A stretch of DNA of 64,000 nt from Candidatus Kapaibacterium sp. Lineage in GTDB: Bacteria > Bacteroidota > Ignavibacteria > Kapaibacteriales > UBA2268. The translations under genes were made by a program, and so were the position numbers. Shown piece by piece: positions 50,903 through 61,050 of the stretch. Under the pieces are notes generated by a model, which was not told where the DNA came from, did no database searches, and was given only the letters and a program-made list of their open reading frames with translations. The DNA lies in contig OY762428.1 in the NCBI GenBank assembly GCA_963665665.1, forward strand, positions 1,920,001 through 1,984,000, in the 5' to 3' direction. Positions within the stretch are counted from its first letter, which is position 1, and each line of letters opens with the position of its first letter.

Positions 50903-51430
50903 ATGAAAAGAATGATACTGTTTATTGCAATTTTATTATTTGTTTGGGGAATTTCCGGCTTGCAGGCTGCTTCAAAAATTGAAGTATTCGACCAGGCAAA
51001 GGAATCAGTAGTTAAGATTAAAACATTTTCAAAACCGAAATTTACCGGATTTCAGGCTGTTGGCCAGGGCAGCGGTTATGTTATTGATCCCGATGGTTAT
51101 ATTATTACTAATTATCATGTAGTTGAAGACGCACTGGGAATAATTGTTTACCATAGTGATAATTCAGAAGAAGATACTCTTGCCGCCCGGGTGATAGTCA
51201 GCAACGAGGATATTGATATCGCTGTTTTAAAAGTTGAGAAGAATAATATGAAAGCACTGAAAGTTGCTGACAGTGCTGATATACGGCAGGGGCAGGAAAT
51301 ACTTGTGCTTGGCTATCCCGCGGCTGCAAAAAATTCCGATCTGATAAAAGTAACATGGGGAATAGCAGAATACAGGAATGCTGTTAACGAGTGGTCAAGC
51401 TTCAATATCGGAGCAGGTGTTTTCCTGTAA
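50903..51430 (+). pseudogene. Truncated trypsin-like (HtrA-type) serine protease
   Basis: GSGYVI..DGYIITNYHVV (His), DIAVLKV (Asp), LGYP; the GNSGG serine motif is absent. Confidence 0.75.
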
Positions 51431-51722
51431 TAGTCCGGGCACTGATTTTTGTTTCGAATTTCAGCTTTTGGCTCGGGAATGAAAAATCATGTGCTTATTA
51501 GAATAACGCCGTAAATTAATATTTCATTATATTAATTATTATAATTTAGAAATATATCTAAACTTGTAAATAATATATGGTTTGACCTCTCCAAGCCCGC
51601 CCTGTCCAGGACTTGTCGGGATCCGAAGGAGGGGCTAACTGCAAAGCCCTCCCCTTCCGCGAGGGGTCGGAAACAGAATTAGAATACTCAAATAATATCC
51701 ATAAATTATTGAAAACAAAAAT

Positions 51723-52412
51723 ATGACCAAAATAAAAATACCATGCGTACAGATAGCCGGCTGCCTTGATAAAAAGGAGGCCCAATTGATGTCCCGTTCC
51801 GGGGTAGACTATATCGGGTTCCCGTTCAGGCTTGATTTTCATGCTGAGGATACAAGTGAGGAAGAAGCAGCTGACATTATTCTATCCCTCCCGAAACAAA
51901 CGCAGCCTGTATTAATTACCTACCTGAACAAGGCAGAGGATATCCGGCTCTTAATGGATAAAATGCATTGTAATGTTGTTCAGCTTCACGGGGATATTGA
52001 TTTGCCTGAGTTGAAGAAATTGAGGGCACAGGACAGCGATATAGCTGTAATAAAAAGCATAATTATCAATAACGATGATATTGACGTTTACAAAAGGCAG
52101 GTTGATATATTTGCAGGGCTGGCAGATGCATACATAACAGATACATTTGATCCCGCTACTGGTGCAAAAGGGGCTACCGGAAAAACGCACAACTGGGATA
52201 TCAGCGCCGCGATAAGAGAATACAGCCCCCAACCGCTGATACTTGCAGGCGGAATAACCCCGGATAACGTCTATGCCGCAATTAAACATGTGAAACCCGC
52301 CGGGATAGACTGCCACACAGGTGTAGAAGATTCTACGGGCAGAAAAGATAAAGCCTTTGTGGAAAAATTTGTGAACAGAGCAAGAAAAGCGTTTGAGTCA
52401 GAAATATTTTGA
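51723..52412 (+). CDS. trpF: Phosphoribosylanthranilate isomerase
   Basis: QIAG, VQLHG, GATGKTHNW, ILAGGITPDNV, GID.HTGVE. Confidence 0.88.
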   Translation: MTKIKIPCVQIAGCLDKKEAQLMSRSGVDYIGFPFRLDFHAEDTSEEEAADIILSLPKQTQPVLITYLNKAEDIRLLMDKMHCNVVQLHGDIDLPELKKLRAQDSDIAVIKSIIINNDDIDVYKRQVDIFAGLADAYITDTFDPATGAKGATGKTHNWDISAAIREYSPQPLILAGGITPDNVYAAIKHVKPAGIDCHTGVEDSTGRKDKAFVEKFVNRARKAFESEIF

Positions 52413-52508
52413 ATTTTTATACTATAATACGGCTTCCTGATAAAAAAATCAGCAAAAAAAAACGGGAAAACTAAACTTTCCCGTTTTTAAAAAGTAATAT
52501 TTACGATT

Positions 52509-53540
52509 CTACTTGAGCCAGGAATGTTCACCATCCAGGAATTGTTGTAATTCATCAATATTTTCAGCGCTGCCTGCAAAAAACGGAACTCGCATGTGAA
52601 TATTATCGGGCTTAATATCAAGGATATTATTGCCCCGGCCATCCACACCCTTGCCTCCTGCCTGCTCGACAATAAATGATAATGGAGCAGCTTCATACAT
52701 CAGCCTGATTTTACCGTTTGGACGTTTTGAATCCATTGGATACATGAACACTCCGCCTGTGATTAGAGTTCTGTGGATATCACCTACAGCAGCGGCAACA
52801 TAACGTGATGTAAAAGGCCTGCGTTTGTCTTTCGATGTTTCTTTCACGTACTGAAGGTATTTCTGAAGATTTTCCGGCCAGCGCGGAGCATAAGCTTCAT
52901 TAACACTGTAGTATGAACCGTAAAGAGGAATTTTAAGATTTTCATAAGTCAGAAGGAATTCTCCTATAGTAGGGTCGTAAGTAAATACATTAACCCCATG
53001 CCCGGTGGTATAAACCAGCTGGGTACTGTTGCTGTAAAGAATATAACCGGCAGCCTGAAGCTGATGCCCGGTCTGGAGCACATCTTCCGGCTTTGCATCA
53101 CTGTTATCATCAGCGCTTTGCCTTTTGTAAAGGGAAAATATCGTCCCGATAGGGCAGTTTACGTCAACATTCGAAGAGCCGTCGAGAGGATCGAATGCAA
53201 GTATATACTTGCCTTTTTTATAATCTTTCGGAATAGCTATCACTTCTTCGTTTTCCTCGGAGATCATAGCGCAAAGCTGTCCGCCGTGACTCATTGCCCT
53301 GATAATAACCTCATTGGCATATTCATCAATCTTCTTTACTTTTTCCCCGTGTACGTTTGTATTCGATGTCATACCAAGGATATCATTAATACCTGCCCTG
53401 CGGACTTCCCGCGCGATAATCCTTATGGCAAAGGTCAGATCGTGTAATACTCTGGTAAATTCTCCTGTAGCGTCGGGGTATTTTCTTTCCTCTTCGGTAA
53501 TATGCCTGTCAATAGTATATAATTTTGATGTTTGAATCAT
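52509..53540 (-). CDS. fbp: Class 1 fructose-1,6-bisphosphatase
   Basis: FDPLDGSSNVD, SRYV, DIHRTL..GG.F.YP, GKIRLMYEA. Confidence 0.95.
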   Translation of the reverse strand: MIQTSKLYTIDRHITEEERKYPDATGEFTRVLHDLTFAIRIIAREVRRAGINDILGMTSNTNVHGEKVKKIDEYANEVIIRAMSHGGQLCAMISEENEEVIAIPKDYKKGKYILAFDPLDGSSNVDVNCPIGTIFSLYKRQSADDNSDAKPEDVLQTGHQLQAAGYILYSNSTQLVYTTGHGVNVFTYDPTIGEFLLTYENLKIPLYGSYYSVNEAYAPRWPENLQKYLQYVKETSKDKRRPFTSRYVAAAVGDIHRTLITGGVFMYPMDSKRPNGKIRLMYEAAPLSFIVEQAGGKGVDGRGNNILDIKPDNIHMRVPFFAGSAENIDELQQFLDGEHSWLK

Positions 53541-53760
53541 ATTGTAGATACTCCGCAAAAAAAAAACCGAATTAATCGGCAAAAAAGTGTTGTCTGTTAT
53601 TGCCAAACTTCGGATTAAAATTTAAGAAAGATTAAGTTCTTAGGCAAGAAAGATTTTCCTATTGACACTTTTATATTGATTATTTTTTGATTATTCCCTT
53701 TGAAGTATAAATATATTGGCTGAGTCCAATATTTATTAAAAGTTTAAGGATGATAAATTA

Positions 53761-54585
53761 TCAAAACTTTATGGAAATACTTATGCCACTCCTGTAAACG
53801 TCCGGCAGGATTGTAAGCTCTTTGCCGCCAATCTCAATTTTCTTATTCACATTCAGAACCGCAAGGGCTGATAAAGTTCCCACGCTTGCCCCTGCTATCA
53901 CATCGGACAGGAAGTGCTGATTAAGGTAAATCCTTGACCATGCGACTAATCCGGCAGTAGCATATAATGGGACTGTAGCCCACCAGCGGTCTATTTCACC
54001 GGCAAGAATTGTTGCAACACAGAATGCAACTGTTGAATGGCCCGAAGGCATAGCCTGGAAATCATTGCTCATTTCAAAAAAGCGGTAATCATTCAGGTGT
54101 TCAGCACGCCAGGGACGTGCCTTGCCAAGAATAACTTTGAAAGAACCGGTGATAATTCCCGACAAAGTCATGGCAGTAATCAACTTCAACCCGGTTCTTC
54201 TTATCCTGTCAGTACCTGAAACAAGACCTCCAAAATAGACTCCGGCGGCGAAAAGTCCGATATACTCCCGCTTAGCCAATGATGAAATACTTTTATATTT
54301 CTCATAAGTAACATCATTCATTCTTTCAACGTTCCAGTCCCGTATTTCCATTTCGGGTATTGAACTTAAAGCTATTCCGCCAAGGAGTGAAGCTGCAAGA
54401 ATCATTTCATCGCTGCCGAGATGAAATATTCCCTTTCCGATATCTATGAAATTATCTTCCATTGTAAGAATATCTTCGCCAATGGTATAAATGAAGCATT
54501 TGCTGCTGTAAGAGTCTGAAGACAACATGAGAAAAGGTGAAAGAACAAATATTAAAATAAGAACTATAATATGATTTTTCTTCAA
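53761..54585 (-). CDS. PAP2-family phosphatase
   Basis: KVILGKARP, PSGH, SRIYLNQHFLSD. Confidence 0.9.
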   Translation of the reverse strand: MKKNHIIVLILIFVLSPFLMLSSDSYSSKCFIYTIGEDILTMEDNFIDIGKGIFHLGSDEMILAASLLGGIALSSIPEMEIRDWNVERMNDVTYEKYKSISSLAKREYIGLFAAGVYFGGLVSGTDRIRRTGLKLITAMTLSGIITGSFKVILGKARPWRAEHLNDYRFFEMSNDFQAMPSGHSTVAFCVATILAGEIDRWWATVPLYATAGLVAWSRIYLNQHFLSDVIAGASVGTLSALAVLNVNKKIEIGGKELTILPDVYRSGISISIKF

Positions 54586-54595
54586 TTATACACCG

Positions 54596-55414
54596 TTAGA
54601 ATTTATAGCAAAAATTAACCCCAACCGGATAAACGCTAATCGATAATGATTGAGCCTTACTTTCATTATTCCTGTCGTTTGCGTAAATTACAGCGTAAGC
54701 CCCGCCAATACCAACCAGCGCACCCATAAAAACATCGCTTATAAAATGCTGATCGTAATTAAGCCTGGATAGCGGTGTAATCGATGCAATTCCGAAAAAA
54801 AGGGGCCATCCCCACCACCTGTCCACCTGGTGCGCAAGCACTGTTGCCATAGAAAATGCAACAGTGGTGTGTCCGGAAGGGAAAGACTGGTAATCCTCAG
54901 TAAACTGCATAAATTTGAACTTTGTTACTCCCTCCTCCATATAGGGCCTTGCCCTGCCAAAACCAATCCTCATGGCCATAACGGCAGTTCCCGATACTGC
55001 CAGGGCTTCAAACATAAGCCTGCCGGTTTCCCTTATATCCTCGCATCCGGAAAACAGACCTGTTAAATATATCCCGCCGCTAAACATCTCGGCATAAGCT
55101 ATTCTGCCCATATCATCGCCGATCTTAAAAAAGTCGTCACTTTCCGCAGTTCGAATCTCCTGGAAATAATCCCTTGCCGGCCTGTCAACGGAAAACAAGG
55201 CAGCAGTAATGCCGGTATAAATTCCTGCCCGGAGAAGGTCATCGCCGTCAATTCTTCCGATTGAAGCGCCAATCTCGTAAAAATCATTTCCGGCTGATTT
55301 AATATCATCCCAGAAAACTTCATATACAGCAGGACTTGATGTTTTAACAGTATCCTCTGCTATTAAATTAAGGCAATTAAATCCAAATATTACAAATATG
55401 ATAACAAATTTCAT
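54596..55414 (-). CDS. PAP2-family phosphatase paralog
   Basis: RIGFGRARP, FPSGH, SRLNYDQHFISD. Confidence 0.9.
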   Translation of the reverse strand: MKFVIIFVIFGFNCLNLIAEDTVKTSSPAVYEVFWDDIKSAGNDFYEIGASIGRIDGDDLLRAGIYTGITAALFSVDRPARDYFQEIRTAESDDFFKIGDDMGRIAYAEMFSGGIYLTGLFSGCEDIRETGRLMFEALAVSGTAVMAMRIGFGRARPYMEEGVTKFKFMQFTEDYQSFPSGHTTVAFSMATVLAHQVDRWWGWPLFFGIASITPLSRLNYDQHFISDVFMGALVGIGGAYAVIYANDRNNESKAQSLSISVYPVGVNFCYKF

Positions 55415-55609
55415 CGATCACGATTTACATGTAAGACCAAAATGATAAAATATTAATACTGTTGCATTAATCAAATTCTGATTGTTCTATTCATTATAAT
55501 TAAATATTGACTAAGATATTTTCAGAACATGAACAAATATTAGAAGCACAGTATTACCAAATTTTTAAAAAAATTATTACTGCAAAAAATCAGATTGCTA
55601 TTTAAAAAA

Positions 55610-57160
55610 CTATCTTCCGCCCCTAAGAACATTTGGTATTTCACGTGTTCCGTCGTAGTCCTGTTTCATTGGTACAAGGAAATAAAAAGTAGATCCTTTT
55701 TCAAGTTTGCTCCTTACCCATACTTTTCCTTTGTGTGCTTCAATTAGTTTTTTAACAATCCATAATCCAAGTCCGGATGAAGGTTCTCCTGCAGTTGGCC
55801 GGGCTGTAAGTTTAGATCCTCGTTTGAATGCTTTCTTAACATCGTTTTCCGAAAGTCCCGGGCCATTATCACTAACGCCAACAACAATAACCCCGTTGTC
55901 CTTTTGGGTTTTAATCATTACTTTGCTTTTAGGATTGGAAAACTTAATGGCGTTTGAAATCAAGTTATCCAGAACTTCTTCAATTTTCTGGGGGTCAACT
56001 TCAGCATCCGGAAGGTTTTCTTCAAGCTCTACCAGTAATTCAATCGATTTATCCCTGGCCCTTGCACTGTTTGTATGTGCAATATCTTTTACAATTTCAT
56101 TAATTGATACCGGTTCCATATCCAATACCAGTTTGCTTCCTTCCAGGGCAAGTATCCTTGAAACTTCCTGTGAAAGGAAAACAATTTTATTCGTTGTTGC
56201 AAAAATATCTTCCATTACTTCCTGTTGCTCAGTAGCAGTCAGGTCGTAAGATCTAAGAAGTTCCACCAGGCTTTTTATCAATGCGGCCGGATTCTTGATA
56301 TCGTGAATTATCATGGCAAAAAGGTCGTCCTTCTGAGTTTGCAGGTCTTCAAGTTCCCCTTTTTTGCTTTGAAGTTTTGCAACTTTTTCCTGTAATTCCT
56401 TGTTTTGTTTCATTAGTTCCGATCTTCGTGATTGCATGTTATCAATCTGTCCGCGAAGAGCAGCTATTTCGGAAAGAAGCTTTTCATTTTCTGCTTTCAG
56501 TTGAACTGGATCAAGAGTGTCATTACCAGCCTGGTTCATATTTTGGTTCCTGGTTTGTTTTGATTTTTTTATAATAAAAAGAAGTATTATTATCATAAAA
56601 ATTGCAATGCCGGCAATGCCTGCTATCAAAAATAATAACGGGATATGAATAGTTCCTGACTGGCCACTAAGTTCGCTGTTCAGGGATTTCACCGTACTGT
56701 CCTGCACTGCCGAATGTTTTCTCAGGGAGTCGAGTTCACTGTGCATAGCAGCCCGGGCATTATTTACCGCAAAATCGAGCCGCGCATGTGAAGCCATCCA
56801 TTGCTTTCCCGGATCGAAAGCCTCTATCACAAGTGAATAATTATCTTCAGCCATTTGTTTGTATTTCAGGGTTGTTCTTCTGTCGGTATGATTGGATGAA
56901 TCGACAGAATTTGAAAGCTTTATCCTGAACAGAAAAGGAGTTCGTTCCCCTCCGTTTATCTTGCAGGAATATTTAATGATCACAGAATCGCTCGTAGAAA
57001 GAACGATATTAGAGTATTCGCCTGTTTTATAGACCTTTTTACCAACAATAACCGAATCGATTACTGTTTTTCTGTCTTCTGCCAAAGTTTCGGAAAAATT
57101 CGATAAAACAAAAGCGAAAACTAAAGCAGTTAGTAGAAGTTGTATTTTAAAATATTTCAT
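55610..57160 (-). CDS. Membrane sensor histidine kinase
   Basis: Signal peptide, periplasmic domain, TM, coiled coil, HDIKNP, NLISNAIKF, DNGPG, GLGL, GSTF. Confidence 0.92.
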   Translation of the reverse strand: MKYFKIQLLLTALVFAFVLSNFSETLAEDRKTVIDSVIVGKKVYKTGEYSNIVLSTSDSVIIKYSCKINGGERTPFLFRIKLSNSVDSSNHTDRRTTLKYKQMAEDNYSLVIEAFDPGKQWMASHARLDFAVNNARAAMHSELDSLRKHSAVQDSTVKSLNSELSGQSGTIHIPLLFLIAGIAGIAIFMIIILLFIIKKSKQTRNQNMNQAGNDTLDPVQLKAENEKLLSEIAALRGQIDNMQSRRSELMKQNKELQEKVAKLQSKKGELEDLQTQKDDLFAMIIHDIKNPAALIKSLVELLRSYDLTATEQQEVMEDIFATTNKIVFLSQEVSRILALEGSKLVLDMEPVSINEIVKDIAHTNSARARDKSIELLVELEENLPDAEVDPQKIEEVLDNLISNAIKFSNPKSKVMIKTQKDNGVIVVGVSDNGPGLSENDVKKAFKRGSKLTARPTAGEPSSGLGLWIVKKLIEAHKGKVWVRSKLEKGSTFYFLVPMKQDYDGTREIPNVLRGGR

Positions 57161-57168
57161 TTCGATTT

Positions 57169-57894
57169 CTATTCAATTTCAAAAGCTTTTTTTCTTTTCA
57201 ACGCAGCCTGGTGTCGGGTGCGAATTTTATTTTTTTTCACGGCATTTTCAAGGATTCTCCTTACATCAAAGAAAGTATGGTAAGGATAATGCGGCAGCCT
57301 TTTTTCGTTACAATATGCAGCAAGGTCTTTCTTTGCAAAAATAATATCAGCATGCTCGGCAGCGCAAAAATCAGAGAACCCGTCGCCAATAAGAACGTAT
57401 ATCACATCTGGTGAAGTGTACGAAAGCATCGAGTTTCTTTTGCAGGAAGCACAGGTACAATCACAGGATTCACTTGCCCCCGGAAAATACGGCTGTGGCG
57501 GCAATCCTTCCCTGAAGATCATTTTATTGCAGAATACCCTGGTATCAGTGGCCCCGGCCCTTTCCAGAACACGGTTTATATAAACGTCATAACCGTCGCT
57601 TAGTATTGTAAGTTCAAAATCATTTTGCCTGCAGAAATCAGCAAAAGCCCCGAAATAGGGATCAACTTCAATGCTGTCGGTGAATTTTTCAATATTTTCC
57701 TTTGTTGCATCCGGACGAAGTTTCGAGCATACTATACGCCAGTATTCATCAATTTTCAGTTCGCCATTTCTTAGCATACTGTGCCATGGTTCAAATTCGC
57801 CGAACTCCTGAAACAGCACATCACCTATATCTTTATGGGTAATTGTGCCGTCAAAATCTGTAAATATACTGAGTTGTTTCTTTTCCTTCCCCAT
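57169..57894 (-). CDS. MtnX-like HAD-IB phosphatase
   Basis: DFDGTIT, LSDG, CK, IGDGFSD.CAA. Confidence 0.85.
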   Translation of the reverse strand: MGKEKKQLSIFTDFDGTITHKDIGDVLFQEFGEFEPWHSMLRNGELKIDEYWRIVCSKLRPDATKENIEKFTDSIEVDPYFGAFADFCRQNDFELTILSDGYDVYINRVLERAGATDTRVFCNKMIFREGLPPQPYFPGASESCDCTCASCKRNSMLSYTSPDVIYVLIGDGFSDFCAAEHADIIFAKKDLAAYCNEKRLPHYPYHTFFDVRRILENAVKKNKIRTRHQAALKRKKAFEIE

Positions 57895-58170
57895 TTTTGC
57901 CGGTTTTCTTTTTCGATAATAACTAAATATTCCGCTAACAAATTTAATCATCCATCAGGAATATATTACGATTTTTTCACATAGCAAACAATAAAATTTT
58001 GTTCTGAAAGATTTCAAAGAACATAACTATACAATATTCTTATCGGTAATAAAGTACTATTCTTTATTAGTGAAAATCAAATTTTATCCTGCCTTGTTCA
58101 TGGAATTACCGGATTACTACTTTAAATAAAAATGAACAACAAATAATCAAAAAATACCTAAAACAGGGTA

Positions 58171-58199
58171 TTGACTTTTTAGGATAAATGGTGTAATAT
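58171..58199 (+). promoter_or_regulatory. Sigma70-like promoter of yraN
   Basis: TTGACT-N17-TAATAT. Confidence 0.45.
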
Positions 58200-58231
58200 A
58201 TCTTTATTTCAATATTTTATCCGGAGGGGTA

Positions 58232-58594
58232 ATGTCTGGTTCAAACAACAGAGAGGTAGGCCAAAAAGGAGAGGAAGAAGCTGCAAAATTCCTTGTTGAC
58301 AATGGATATAAAATTATTAAGAAAAACTTTCATTTCGGCAAAACCGGAGAAATTGACATCATAGCAGAGAAGGATGATATACTTGTGTTTGTAGAAGTAA
58401 AAACCCGCTACAACGATAAATATGGCGATCCATTACTTTCAATTACCTACCGAAAGCAAAAATCAATTCGTAAAGTTGCAGAAGGATATTTGTATATAAA
58501 TAAAATCCGGGATCAAGAATGCCGATTTGATGTGATCATAGTGGATAAACGGCCGGGAATAAATGAAATTTTTCAGATGGAAAACGCATTTTAA
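58232..58594 (+). CDS. yraN: YraN (UPF0102) family protein
   Basis: G..GEE.A..FL...GY, GEIDII, FVEVKTR, RFDVI. Confidence 0.92.
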   Translation: MSGSNNREVGQKGEEEAAKFLVDNGYKIIKKNFHFGKTGEIDIIAEKDDILVFVEVKTRYNDKYGDPLLSITYRKQKSIRKVAEGYLYINKIRDQECRFDVIIVDKRPGINEIFQMENAF

Positions 58595-58610
58595 TATTAT
58601 TCTGGTTTTC

Positions 58611-60353
58611 TTATGCCTTGTATCCGTTATGAAGGATTTCTCTTATATCATTCATACAAAATGCATTCAAGGCTTTTCCGGCAATTCTTTTTGAACGTGT
58701 CATGTCTGTATTTCTTATTCTGCTTTTTAGTTCAAGCAGCACGGAAGGCGGAACAGAAAGTTCCTCGATCCCCATGCCGATAAGTAATTCAGTGGCAGCT
58801 GCATGGCTGGCGATCTCGCCACAAAGCCCCACCTTTACATTGTTGGCTTTTGCAGCATCAATCACAGATTTGATCATTCTCAGCACTGCCGGATGGAAAG
58901 GGTCAAAAATATCTGCAACCAGTTCATTTGTTCTGTCAGCGGCAAGTGTGTATTGTGTCAGGTCGTTAGTTCCGATACTGAAATAATCCACATGGCATGC
59001 TATGTCCGGTGCCAGCATAACAGCCGCAGGTGTTTCTATCATAATACCAATCGGGAGATTATGGTCATAATGGATCCCTTTGGCATCAAGTTCAACTTTG
59101 CATTTTTCTACCAGGTCAATGGATTCAAGTACTTCACCGATATTTGATATCATTGGAAGCAACAGCCTGACATTTTTGTTTTTTGAAGCCCGGAGAATAG
59201 CTTTAACCTGTATCTCGAACAGATCTTTCCTGGACAGTAAGAACCTTATTCCCCTGAAACCGAGCGCCGGGTTATCCTCGTGTTTGGGAATACCTTCGGC
59301 ATATTTATCGCTGCCAACATCAAAAACACGAATAGTTACAGGATGCGGGTAAATCCTTTCAGAGAGTTTGTTGTACCAGTCGTATTGTTCTTCAATAGAC
59401 GGAAACACTTTTACCGGGAATATCATGTGCTCGGTTCTGACCAGGCCTATTCCCTCTGCTCCAACTTTCACGGCATTTTCAACTTCGCGGGTAAAATCAA
59501 TATTTGCCAGGAGGTGGATCTTTTTCCCGTCCTTGGTTTCCGAGGGCAGTTTAACCAGCTTGCCAAGCTTCCTTTTATATTTAATTTCGTCGGCTTTCTT
59601 CTTCCTGTAAGCCAAACGGGTTTCATCAGAAGGATTGGTAATAACAGTACCGGTAAATCCGTTCATTACAATATTTTTGCCGTTTTTTATTCCGGAAGTG
59701 GCATTTTTTACACCAATAACTGCCGGAATTTCAAGTGACCTTGCAAGAATGGAAACATGTCCGGCAATCCCCCCGACTTCAGTTACTAATCCGGCAATGC
59801 CGATTTCTTTGAAGTGAACAATGTCAGTTGGAGTTAAAGAATTAGCAACCACAATTGAATCCTTGCAGGCAGAGTGGAATATATTTCTGTTCCTCAAAGC
59901 TGCAAGCAGCCTTTCCTTCAGGTGGTCAAGTTCGGCGGCCTTTTCCCGGAGTATCCTGTCGTTGGAATGTTTGAAGAACTTCATTTGGGCGTCGAATGAT
60001 TGAATAACAGCACTTTCCGCCGCAATAGATGTTTTAATTATATTCTGAACCGATTCAATGAAAAACGGATCCTTCAGTATAATAATATTGGCGCTAATAA
60101 TATCCCCGACTTCTTTTGGCTGCTGGCCAACTTTTCCCAGGGCCTGATCAAATTCTTTGATAAGCTCCTCGGTAGATGAAGCAAAGCGCTCAAGCTCTGA
60201 ATCAATTTCAGATTCGGATATCTTTACTGTCGGGACTACAACTTTTTCGGGTTTGATAACAAATGATTTTCCAACGGCTGTTCCGGGAGAGGATGGAATA
60301 CCTTTCAATAACTTTTCTTTTTGGGTTGTACCTGTTCGGGAAACGCTTTTCAT
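58611..60353 (-). CDS. ptsI: PTS enzyme I (PEP-protein phosphotransferase)
   Basis: GG.AGHVSILARS, GIGLVRTE, NPALGFRGIR, MIETPAA, SIGTNDLTQY, GLCGE. Confidence 0.95.
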   Translation of the reverse strand: MKSVSRTGTTQKEKLLKGIPSSPGTAVGKSFVIKPEKVVVPTVKISESEIDSELERFASSTEELIKEFDQALGKVGQQPKEVGDIISANIIILKDPFFIESVQNIIKTSIAAESAVIQSFDAQMKFFKHSNDRILREKAAELDHLKERLLAALRNRNIFHSACKDSIVVANSLTPTDIVHFKEIGIAGLVTEVGGIAGHVSILARSLEIPAVIGVKNATSGIKNGKNIVMNGFTGTVITNPSDETRLAYRKKKADEIKYKRKLGKLVKLPSETKDGKKIHLLANIDFTREVENAVKVGAEGIGLVRTEHMIFPVKVFPSIEEQYDWYNKLSERIYPHPVTIRVFDVGSDKYAEGIPKHEDNPALGFRGIRFLLSRKDLFEIQVKAILRASKNKNVRLLLPMISNIGEVLESIDLVEKCKVELDAKGIHYDHNLPIGIMIETPAAVMLAPDIACHVDYFSIGTNDLTQYTLAADRTNELVADIFDPFHPAVLRMIKSVIDAAKANNVKVGLCGEIASHAAATELLIGMGIEELSVPPSVLLELKSRIRNTDMTRSKRIAGKALNAFCMNDIREILHNGYKA

Positions 60354-60380
60354 AAATTTCTCAATTTTTTAAAAAATTGA

Positions 60381-60647
60381 TCAGGGTTCACCGAATCCTG
60401 ATGCGAACAATTCCTTCAAGGCGTTTTCAGCATCTTTTTCATCTTCGCCGTCACATTGCAATTGGAGCGAGCAACCCTGCTCAGCCGCAAGAGTCATTAC
60501 GCCAATAATACTCTTTGCATTAATAGAAAACCCGTCCCTGATAAGATATATCTCGGAACTGAATTTCGATGCTGTTTTTACAAGCTCTGCGGCAGGCCTT
60601 GTGTGGAGCCCCGCCCTGTTTACTATTTTTACCTCGCTTTCGAGCAT
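60381..60647 (-). CDS. ptsH: Phosphocarrier protein HPr
   Basis: GLHTRPA (His15), NAKSIIGV (Ser46). Confidence 0.95.
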   Translation of the reverse strand: MLESEVKIVNRAGLHTRPAAELVKTASKFSSEIYLIRDGFSINAKSIIGVMTLAAEQGCSLQLQCDGEDEKDAENALKELFASGFGEP

Positions 60648-61050
60648 TCAAACTATCCAATATCAAAACATAAAAGATTACTAATATACGAATGTTTTCC
60701 ATATTTTTCAAAAATTTAGATCGGTTGCTGTTATATAAATACAAATTTCATTGAATAATGATGTATGCTGGTATTTCCGGACACTGCGCAAAGAACTTAT
60801 GCCGACAAGTTAATATTTAAAATATATCTTTCTGCCCTCCTGAACCTTTTTCGCCAATAATTCTTATGAATTTGTACATTAGCAAAATATTCCTTTCAGG
60901 CCCAAATTTAAATGGACTTTGCAATTTTTCCGGATTAGCTGATTAGCTGTGCCCGGTATTAATTTAAAAAACAGATCAAAGTATGCGAAATTATCGGATA
61001 ATTATCTTAATTTTGAAAAAAATAATTACACGATTTAAAGGAGCTGTTTC

